Source: an uncultured Verrucomicrobiae bacterium (GTDB lineage: Bacteria; Verrucomicrobiota; Verrucomicrobiia; Limisphaerales; Palsa-1400). Taken from it: a stretch of DNA of 64,000 nt. The stretch spans positions 640,001-704,000 of the forward strand of contig CAVPOM010000018.1 in the NCBI GenBank assembly GCA_963707025.1, read 5' to 3'. Positions 28,492 to 36,354 of the stretch are shown here, piece by piece. The notes under the pieces were generated by a model. That model did no database searches, was not told the origin of the DNA, and saw nothing but the letters and a program-made list of their open reading frames with translations. Numbering within the stretch: position 1 is the stretch's first letter; the number at the start of each line of letters is the position of its first letter. The translations under genes and the position numbers were made by a program.

Positions 28492-28541
28492 AATATATTC
28501 CCAAAGACATAATATGTCAATAGATTAATATTCCCAAAGAC
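28492..28541 (-). promoter_or_regulatory. Sigma70-like promoter with operator repeats; probably leaderless mRNA
   Basis: Minus strand TTGACA-17bp-TATATT ending 7 nt before the ATG; direct repeat ATATTCCCAAAGAC at 28495 and 28528; palindrome GACATA-A-TATGTC. Confidence 0.65.
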
Positions 28542-28992
28542 GTTTTTTCTGCGCGGTATGCGGGAAGCCCTGCACAAGTCAGGCTCGACGCAGGCGCAAC
28601 TGGGCGAAGCCTCGGGTAGTGCCTTAATCAGGGGAATTATATACGACATTACCCCGGGCTGGTTTTTATGGCGTTTGCAAATAACTGATGATCCAGTTTT
28701 TGGTTGGTTAGGAAGGTCGGGAGTTTGGGCGGGGATAATATCTGTTTGGCTTTCCACGACTTGTCTCAGGCAAGGCAGTTTTGTCCCCATTATTTCGTCT
28801 CCCCAATGGGCAACCCATGTTCAGCTTTCCGGGCTTGACCCTTGCACGAATGCTTTCGGAGGGCAAAATCATGGAAGGCAATATCATAAGAGGGGCCGGC
28901 TGAAACCAGACGAATTGGCGACAAAGGAAGGCAGGAGGAAGGGGCGCAAGCAAAGCGAGGATTGCAAAGGGAGCCTGGAAAGGCCGGAAAAC

Positions 28993-29259
28993 TCAGGGGC
29001 ATCTTGTCCGATAGGGCAAATATATGGTTTGACCCCTTTGACCCCTTTGCTTGCCGTCCGCGGAATTGACCTCGACAAGAACCCGGCTTGGATGACCGCG
29101 CCTGGCAAGCTTGCTCGAAATCACGGCGACGATGGTTTGTGCCAAACCGCTGTCGAGATTGTTCCGCTGGATGACCAACGCGGGACGACGCTTGGCCGTG
29201 CGTAGATCGGAATTTGGGAAAAGCACCAGGGCAACCTCACCGCGTCGTGTCTTTGTCAT
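28993..29259 (-). pseudogene. PemK/MazF-family toxin, 3'-truncated
   Basis: RRGEVALVLFPNSDLRTAKRRPALVIQ; similarity ends near 29050 at a GGGGTCAAAGGGGTCAAACC repeat. Confidence 0.75.
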
Positions 29260-29470
29260 AAATGTCGGCTTCCGGCCGATCCCAATCCTCGGCGAAGGTC
29301 TTCAATCGCGCACGAAGTTCGGCGGCTTGAGCTTCGTCAATTCCCCGCGCCGGCAAGTCAACGCCGCTGGATTCAAGCAACGTCACCAACACGCGTGATT
29401 GGCTCACTTGCGGAGGTGTCTTGGCGAGCTCCACTTTTCCATTCTTATAGGTGCCTTCGATAGTCAGCAT
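29237..29470 (-). CDS. Small antitoxin-like protein
   Basis: MLTIEGTYKNGKVEL...FAEDWDRPEADIYD; directly upstream of and overlapping the MazF-like gene. Confidence 0.75.
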   Translation of the reverse strand: MLTIEGTYKNGKVELAKTPPQVSQSRVLVTLLESSGVDLPARGIDEAQAAELRARLKTFAEDWDRPEADIYDKDTTR

Positions 29471-29548
29471 AACTATCTGTGAAAATACCACGCGTGGCTG
29501 GCTTTGTGAAGCCAAAGTGAGATTAAAATTAGGAATGGCGGCCGGAGA

Positions 29549-30967
29549 TTATTTTGGGGGCGAGGGCGCCGCAACGTCCAGGCAGACCAGGCGGGTGAAG
29601 TCGCGGGCCAGGAGACGGCCCCCAACCAGGGCCATCGGGCCCCAGGCCTCGCCGCCTTTGAGGACTTGGGCCTGGGCCAGAAGCTGGAAGCGCGTCGAGC
29701 TGTCTTCCATCAAACTGAGTTTGCCGTCCTCGTTCATCACAAAGAAAAGGCCGTCGGCCAGCAGGAAGGGAGACCTTCCGAAGGAATCCACCGCCGGGCT
29801 GGCCCAGACCACTTTGCCGTCCAGGCCCAGGCAGACGAATTGGCCGTTGGGCCGGGTGCCGAAGATATGGCCATCGTGGAAAATGGGGGTCTGCTGGGTC
29901 GCGCCGAAAATTTCCGGAGGGAGCTTCCAGAGCGTTTTTGGCACGAGCCGGCCAGCCTGGTCCTCGAGTTGGAGGAGCAGGCTGCCGGCGTTGTAGCCGC
30001 CGGACAGAAAGATCTTCCCGCCTTCCAGCACGAGCGGCGAGGGCACGGTGGCGATGCTGATTTTCCAGGAGTTGGTTTCCCAGAGCAGCGCGCCGTCTTT
30101 GGCCGAAATGCCGGCCACACCGCCGCTGGCGCAATAGACATAAAACCGCTGGCCGCCGAATTCCATCGGCATGACGGAAGAATGGGTCATCTTCCAGCCG
30201 CGGGGATTGGGCGCGCGCCAGAGGGTTTTTCCGGTCGCAAGGTCCACGGCGGCGAGCAGGGCATCGTGGCCGCCGGGGGCCAGAATGACGGCGTTGCCGT
30301 CCAGGAGCGGGCATTGGCCGGCGTACCACAGCGGAACGGTCGCTCCATATTCGGAGACCAGGTTCATGCCCCAGCGCAATTCCCCCGAGGCCGCGTCCAG
30401 ACAAAGGACATGGCACTTGGGATCCATGGCGACGACGAATTTGTCCGAGACGGCCGGCACGGTGCGGGTCATGCCATGGTTTTGCTTGACTGTCAGGGTG
30501 TAGGCGTAGCGCCAAATCTCGCCGCCGTCGGCCAGGGAGAGACAGCGCAGAGCGTTCCGCTTTTTGGCCTTGTCGTAATCCATGAGGTAAACGCGCCCCT
30601 GCTGCACGGCGACGCCGGCATAACCGTCCCCGCAATCCACGGCCCACAACTGGCGCGGCCCGGCGGGGTCCCAGGCGCGGGCCAGGGGCGTGGATTCCGG
30701 GCTGATGCCATCGCGATGAGGCCCGCGGAACTGGGGCCAGAAGCCGGGGAGATTGGCCGGCTGGGCCTTGCCTGGGATGAGTTTGCCGGCCAGGATGGGA
30801 TTGAGCGCAGCCGCGCCGTCAGCGCCGGGCGGCTGATCGGCTCCGGGAAGGCGCTCGGAAAGAGTCTTTGCATCCGGATGCGCCCACCAGAAAAGCAGCG
30901 CGGCCAGGGCGCAAACCGCGGCCAGCAGCGGCAAGGCCGCAGCGTATCGAGAACGATCAAATTTCAT
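29549..30967 (-). CDS. Membrane-anchored PQQ-like beta-propeller protein
   Basis: N-terminal TM segment, WPQFRGPHRDG, GRVYLMDYD, THSSVMP, WGPMALVGGRLLARD. Confidence 0.87.
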   Translation of the reverse strand: MKFDRSRYAAALPLLAAVCALAALLFWWAHPDAKTLSERLPGADQPPGADGAAALNPILAGKLIPGKAQPANLPGFWPQFRGPHRDGISPESTPLARAWDPAGPRQLWAVDCGDGYAGVAVQQGRVYLMDYDKAKKRNALRCLSLADGGEIWRYAYTLTVKQNHGMTRTVPAVSDKFVVAMDPKCHVLCLDAASGELRWGMNLVSEYGATVPLWYAGQCPLLDGNAVILAPGGHDALLAAVDLATGKTLWRAPNPRGWKMTHSSVMPMEFGGQRFYVYCASGGVAGISAKDGALLWETNSWKISIATVPSPLVLEGGKIFLSGGYNAGSLLLQLEDQAGRLVPKTLWKLPPEIFGATQQTPIFHDGHIFGTRPNGQFVCLGLDGKVVWASPAVDSFGRSPFLLADGLFFVMNEDGKLSLMEDSSTRFQLLAQAQVLKGGEAWGPMALVGGRLLARDFTRLVCLDVAAPSPPK

Positions 30968-31131
30968 CGCGGCACCCGGAGAACTTTACTGTCCATGCCG
31001 TGGGGGAAACAATGCCAAAGCGTTTGCCACAGCGAATTATACCGTTTCCAGTTCGTAACGGCACTATTGCCAAGGCGATTGGCGGCGGTCGCAGACCGCC
31101 GCTACAGTGCAAAAGCAAACCGGAAAAGGTA

Positions 31132-32269
31132 TTAAAGGGCCGGGGCGGGCTTCCAGGCGTCGGCCTCCAGTTCAAAGAGCAGATCGTCCCGACAGATGCC
31201 GCACTGCGCGGCCAGGGCCGGCAGGGAACGCAAATCGCGCCGGGCGCACCAGGCGGCGAATTCCGGCAGGCTGGCGCGATTCTTGAAATAGGCGGTGGCG
31301 CGGGTGATGTCGGAAAAGGCAAAGCCGCGCGAGGCCAAAATGATTTCGACCACTTCCATGGTGTGCTGGATTTGCCGGCGCAGGTTCCCCGGCCACAGCG
31401 TCTGCCCGCCGGCCGCGATGCTGGCCGTGCCGGAAATCAAAAGACGGCGGCCGTGGAGGGAGGAAATCTCCATGGCGCGGCTGAAGGAACTGCCATAGGC
31501 CGCGGCGGGACACTGCAAGGGGGAGTGAACTTCGGCAAGGCGCGCGGAGGAGTCCAGGGGTTGCACCGCCCAGGCGCCGGCCACCAGCGCGGTGCCAGCG
31601 GGATTCCGGGCGGAAATACCCGTGCTGGCCGGCGAGGATCCGCTGCGAAAATTGATGCGCGCATAGGCCTGCGTTCTGGCCTGGTTGAAGGGGCGGTACC
31701 AGGAAAGAAGCTCATCGAGATAGAACCAGGTGCGCACGACATCGCCCAGCGCGAAACCGGCTTGGGCCAGGGCGGTTTCCATAAGTCCCAGCGTTTGCCG
31801 GAATTGATCGGGGCGCGCAGCGGAAAACAGGCTCGGCCCCAGGCCGCCCAGCAGACAATGGCGCAGGGCGCCGTCTTCAAAGACAGAACCGACGACCCGG
31901 CCGTGGAGCGCGATGGGCTGGACCCGGCCGGCGCTGAAAGCGAAGGCCTGCATGCCCGGCGATCGGATGGCCATCACACCCGGCGCCTTCCACCCAAGTG
32001 ACCGGCCAATCAATGGCGCCGAAAACCCGCCGCATGGCTTCTTGGGCCGCCGGATGGGCGCTGAGAGAGCCGAAGATTATCAAATTGACCGGCGTCGTGT
32101 CCGAATCCTTCAAGGCGAGCGCCAGGCGGCTGAACATCTCCAGGATGCCTTCGCCGGGGAGCGGTTTGACCGTGAATGAGAATTCCGGGCCGGGGGAAAG
32201 ATTGGCGGCAGCGTCGGTTGGTGGACGGACGCTCGATCCAGCCTTGGCGGACGGAGTCAAATACCTCAC
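31132..32269 (-). CDS. Extended Rid/YjgF-fold protein (FkbO/Hyg5 chorismatase-like; frameshift near 31956)
   Basis: DVVRTWFYL, PASTGI, AYGSSFSRA, ISGTASI, ICRDDLLFELEA; start uncertain. Confidence 0.75.
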
Positions 32270-32518
32270 ATGGGCATAGACGCCGGCTTTTTGGGATCGG
32301 TTACGAATTGCCCGCATGATTTAAATGCAAAATGTCCTGATTTGGCGCAGTGTCGAGTCTGTGGCTCGAGATCGGCGCACCGCGCCGACACTACAATATC
32401 GGCGGGTTGCGCCAACGCTACAGTAATGAAATCAGGCAGGGGGGGGGCATCTTGACACTGCTAGCGGAATCAGGCGCAAGAACGCTGCAGGAGTGCGCCC
32501 GTCCTCGGGGAATGGCGC

Positions 32519-32866
32519 TTAAATAAGACCTAAAACTTTCTTACCCAGCCTCTTACGACGCGGGGGATGCGGGATGGTTTCAAACAAGACCTGACGGCTC
32601 AAGCGTTGCATGGCTTTGATGGTGGCTTGCACCTCCCGCCACTCGGCAATGGCGTCATGGAGCCACTCATATTGTTCTTTGGAGAGAGCGACACTGACCG
32701 TTTTGCCTTTGACCTTGCGGGTCCACTGATAACAAAGGCCGCCTGCTCCGGGGCCGCGGTCTTGCACGTAGCCCTCGCTGATCCAGCCGGTTCTGGCCAG
32801 CCGGTCGCGTAATTGGGCGTATTGGGCCTGCCATTGGGCTGGCCGGGTTGTTTTGTGAGTCGGCAT
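32519..32866 (-). CDS. IS passenger protein (DUF6788-like), copy 2
   Basis: Same as 3170-3517 except GGLC versus GGPC. Confidence 0.75.
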   Translation of the reverse strand: MPTHKTTRPAQWQAQYAQLRDRLARTGWISEGYVQDRGPGAGGLCYQWTRKVKGKTVSVALSKEQYEWLHDAIAEWREVQATIKAMQRLSRQVLFETIPHPPRRKRLGKKVLGLI

Positions 32867-32915
32867 AAAGAAAAGAGTAGCAGACGTGTCAATAAGGCGG
32901 TATATATACCGCCTT

Positions 32916-34403
32916 ATGCCCGACACCCCCTTCTTCCCGGCCTGGCGGCCCCGTCTGGCGGCGGCGGGCCGCCGCTGTGCCCACAGCCTGGCGCGCCTCC
33001 GTCACGCCACCTTGAGTCAGATCGAGGACCGCCTGGCTCCCGCCTTGCCCACCGACCTCCTGCGAAAACCGGCCGCCGGCGACTACTCCCGCGAGCAGGT
33101 TTACACTCTGGTTCGCACCTGGTGGTGCTGGGTCTGGCCAGTCTTCCAAGCCAACACTTCCTGCCGCCACGTCGTCCTTCAGGTGCAGGCCCTGCTGGCC
33201 TTGGTCCAAGGCCCGGAACCGGAGCCGGACAGCAGCGCCTATTGCCAGGCCCGCGCCAAACTCCCCCTGGCCTTGCTGGAGCAAGCCTTCGCGGCCAGCG
33301 CCGACAGCGCCGAAAAGCGCGCCCCGGCCAGTACGCTGCTACAGGGCCGCCCGTTGAAAGCGGTCGATGGCAGCGGCACCCACCTGCCCGACACCCCGGC
33401 CAATCGGGCGGCCTTTCCCCCCAGCCAAAGCCTGCAGCCCGGCGGCGGCTTTCCCCACCTGCGCGTGGTGGCTCTGTTCTCCGCCGCCAGCGGCGCCCTT
33501 TTGGCCAAAGCCACCGGCAGCCTGCGCTCCTCCGAACTGGCTCTGTTTCTCCACGGCTTGCGCTCGGCTTTGCACCCCGGCGACATCCTCTTGGGCGACC
33601 GCGCCTATGGGGTTTATATTATCGCCGCCGTCCTCCAACTCCTGGGCGTGGATTTGCTCGCGCGGGTCTCCGTGCGCAACCGCAAGGTGGATTTCCGCCA
33701 GGCCCGCCAACGCCTGGGTCACTGGGACGCGCTCTTTACCTGGTCCAAACCCGGCCGGCCTTCGCCCCTGCTTTCGTTCCTGGAATGGCTCGGACTGCCG
33801 CCGCAGATCACGGTGCGGGTGCTGCGCGCGCGCCTGAGCCGGGCCGGCTTCCGCACCCGCCACCTGACCCTGGTCACGACCCTGTTGGATGCGGCGCTTT
33901 TTCCAGCGGAGGAACTGGCGGCCGCTTATGCCCGGCGCTGGCGCATGGAACTGTGCCTGGACGATCTCAAAACCACCCTGGGCATGCAGAGCCTGCATTG
34001 CCTCTGTCCCCGCATGGTGGAGAAAGAACTCCTGCTCTTCCTCACCGCCCATAATTTCCTGCGCTGGATCATGGCCGAAGCCGCGCAAAGCCAGAACGTG
34101 GACTTGGATCGGATCAGTTTCAAAGGCAGCCTGGACGCCTTCCGGCAATGGACGCAGGCACTGGCACAACTCGGACACGCCCGGAACAAAGGGGGACGGC
34201 GCCGCCAATTATGGCAGCGGCTGCTCCGAAGGCTGGCGACCGATCTGGTGCCCAGGCGTCCGGGAAGAGCGGAGCCGCGCGCTGTCAAGAAACGATCCAA
34301 ATACCCCCATTTGAACAAATCGCGGCATCAATACCGCCAGCCCTGGAGCCGCAATAAACGCCGCCGTCTGGCCCGGGCCAAAAGAAAGGCTTCCCTTATT
34401 TAA
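32916..34403 (+). CDS. IS4-family DDE transposase, copy 2
   Basis: Identical protein to 1633-3120. Confidence 0.93.
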   Translation: MPDTPFFPAWRPRLAAAGRRCAHSLARLRHATLSQIEDRLAPALPTDLLRKPAAGDYSREQVYTLVRTWWCWVWPVFQANTSCRHVVLQVQALLALVQGPEPEPDSSAYCQARAKLPLALLEQAFAASADSAEKRAPASTLLQGRPLKAVDGSGTHLPDTPANRAAFPPSQSLQPGGGFPHLRVVALFSAASGALLAKATGSLRSSELALFLHGLRSALHPGDILLGDRAYGVYIIAAVLQLLGVDLLARVSVRNRKVDFRQARQRLGHWDALFTWSKPGRPSPLLSFLEWLGLPPQITVRVLRARLSRAGFRTRHLTLVTTLLDAALFPAEELAAAYARRWRMELCLDDLKTTLGMQSLHCLCPRMVEKELLLFLTAHNFLRWIMAEAAQSQNVDLDRISFKGSLDAFRQWTQALAQLGHARNKGGRRRQLWQRLLRRLATDLVPRRPGRAEPRAVKKRSKYPHLNKSRHQYRQPWSRNKRRRLARAKRKASLI

Positions 34404-34608
34404 GCGCCATTCCCCGTCCTCGGGCGCAGCAGCGCGGGAAACACGGCGCGCCGGTAATCTTCCTGCGCACCCAAAAAATCCCCGGCTTGCTGCGGCCGGG
34501 GACGGCCGCACTCCGGCAGCAACAGTGTCAAGATGCGCTCGGGCCGGGGGAAAGAAAGTTGGTTTGCAGGCTTGATTTATTGGGCCGGACAGGGGAAAAA
34601 GGCTGGCC

Positions 34609-36186
34609 ATGACACCAAATCCATTTCTGGGCGTGTTCCTGCATTGGCTGGGCGGGCTGGCTTCGGGCAGCTTTTATGTGCCATACAAGGGGGTGAAAAA
34701 ATGGTCGTGGGAAACCTACTGGCTGGTGGGCGGGTGCTTCTCGTGGATCATCTGCCCGTGGTTCTTTGCCTATTTCATCACGAGCGATTTGTTCGCAGTG
34801 CTCAAGCAGCAGAGCTTGAGCACGCTGGCGTGGACTTACTTCTTCGGCCTGCTGTGGGGATTCGGGGGACTGACCTACGGATTGACGATGCGGTATTTGG
34901 GGTTGTCGCTGGGCACGGGTGTGGCGCTGGGGTACTGCGCAGCGTTTGGGACGATGGTGCCGCCGATTTGCAAAGCGATCATCCCGAATTTTTTTGTGTT
35001 CGGGAACAGTGCGAGCATTGTTGAAATTGTAAAATCCACTGGCGGATTGGTGACGCTGGCGGGGGTGGCAGTTTGCATGGCGGGCATTGGGATAGCGGCG
35101 CTGGCGGGCTACACGAAGGAATCGGAGATGCCGGAAGAGCAGAAGAAGAAAACGATCAAGGAATTCAGTTTCAAAAAGGGCATATTGGTGGCCACTTTTT
35201 GCGGCATTATGAGCGCCTGCTTTGCCTATGCGTTGCAGGCGGGCAAATCCATCAACGTGGATTCGTTAAAGTCCGGTTACATCAAAGGCGCGGCGGCGGC
35301 GGGAGTTCATGTTGCTGACCAGGGCCAAATCCCGTCCAATGAAAGCGATCAGTTTGCCACCAATTTGAATCTGGTCTCCTTGGGATTAAACGCGACCAAC
35401 AAACTGGATTTTGCGGGCACGATTGAGAAGATCGAAACCAACAGCCGGTTCGCCGGGAACATCGCCGCGGCTTTGGCGGCATCCGGCGATCTTGTTGGAA
35501 AGCGTGTGGCGGCTTACGCTGCAAGTTATGAAAGAATCAGAACCAATGCGTCCGTGGCAAAGACGATCAAAAGCCTCGGCGATTTTTCGGAAAAGGAGGT
35601 CGCCGTCAGCATCGCCACCGCAGGCGGAGATGTGATTTCACTGGAGAAGCGCTACGGTCTTTGGCAAGGGCTGGCCGCGCTGCCCGTGCTGTTGCTTGGC
35701 GGGTTCACCACCAATTTTATCTGGTGCATGTATCTGAATTTCAAGAATCGGACCGGCTATCAATACCTGGCTTCGGAGGTTCGCGAGGAGCATGCGCATC
35801 ACGGTGGCTCCGCCAGCGGCGAACACGCCGCGGCGGAGAAAGCCGCCGCCGCCAGCAGCGGGACGCTGGACTTGAAAATTCCGGTGCTGGGCAATTACCT
35901 GTTTTCCGCGGCAGCGGGGACCTGCTGGTACTTCCAGTTTTTCTTTTACACGATGGGAGCGACGCAAATGGGGGCGAAATACGATTTCGCCTCGTGGTCG
36001 CTGCACATGGCGAGCATCATAATTTTCGCCACGGTATGGGGCTGGATTTTCCACGAATGGAAGGGGTCAAGCAAAAAAGCGCACCTGCTCATCGCCGGCG
36101 GCATCGCCACTTTGGTCCTTTCCACCTTCGTCATAGGAGCAGGGGTCGGCTGGACAAAGTTGCTGGACTTCTTACACACACTTTGA
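34609..36186 (+). CDS. rhaT: L-rhamnose/H+ symporter RhaT family, with a large loop insertion
   Basis: GSFYVPYKGVKKWSWETYW, GLTMRYLGLSLG, GGFTTNFIWC, WYFQFFFY, SWSLHMA, HEWKG. Confidence 0.88.
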   Translation: MTPNPFLGVFLHWLGGLASGSFYVPYKGVKKWSWETYWLVGGCFSWIICPWFFAYFITSDLFAVLKQQSLSTLAWTYFFGLLWGFGGLTYGLTMRYLGLSLGTGVALGYCAAFGTMVPPICKAIIPNFFVFGNSASIVEIVKSTGGLVTLAGVAVCMAGIGIAALAGYTKESEMPEEQKKKTIKEFSFKKGILVATFCGIMSACFAYALQAGKSINVDSLKSGYIKGAAAAGVHVADQGQIPSNESDQFATNLNLVSLGLNATNKLDFAGTIEKIETNSRFAGNIAAALAASGDLVGKRVAAYAASYERIRTNASVAKTIKSLGDFSEKEVAVSIATAGGDVISLEKRYGLWQGLAALPVLLLGGFTTNFIWCMYLNFKNRTGYQYLASEVREEHAHHGGSASGEHAAAEKAAAASSGTLDLKIPVLGNYLFSAAAGTCWYFQFFFYTMGATQMGAKYDFASWSLHMASIIIFATVWGWIFHEWKGSSKKAHLLIAGGIATLVLSTFVIGAGVGWTKLLDFLHTL

Positions 36187-36295
36187 TCCGCGGCGGAGAT
36201 CGCCGGTGGCGGGGGAACCAGCCGGCGAGGGCGCCGACTGGGACACGCGAGGGCGCGTGTGCTCCCCGAAATGGAGGCTGGGCAGGGCGCATTCC

Positions 36296-36333
36296 GGATT
36301 AAGATTAGGATTAGGATTAAGATTAAGATTAGG
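36296..36333 (+). repeat. GATTAR hexamer array between convergent genes
   Basis: GATTAAGATTAGGATTAGGATTAAGATTAAGATTAGG. Confidence 0.85.
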
Positions 36334-36354
36334 AGAGGGAAAGCGCCGGGCCGG

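Larger units (their letters stand above)
32510..34412 (+). mobile_element. IS4-family insertion sequence, copy 2 (1903 bp, inverted relative to copy 1)
   Basis: Same TIRs; 12-bp duplication CCCGTCCTCGGG at 32498-32509 and 34413-34424; identical transposase; one Pro/Leu change in the passenger gene. Confidence 0.95.
32447..34536. repeat. MITE-like element (14-bp inverted ends) enclosing a REP pair and IS copy 2
   Basis: GCATCTTGACACTG at 32447-32460 and CAGTGTCAAGATGC at 34523-34536; 175 bp once the IS and one target copy are removed. Confidence 0.55.

Noticed and set aside
22225..30967. Calling the propellers BamB or true PQQ dehydrogenases
   Set aside because: They have TM anchors rather than a lipobox, the context is unrelated, and catalytic PQQ motifs could not be verified.
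1624..34412. Composite transposon formed by the two IS copies
   Set aside because: Each copy has its own target duplication and REP context, and the interval holds housekeeping genes.
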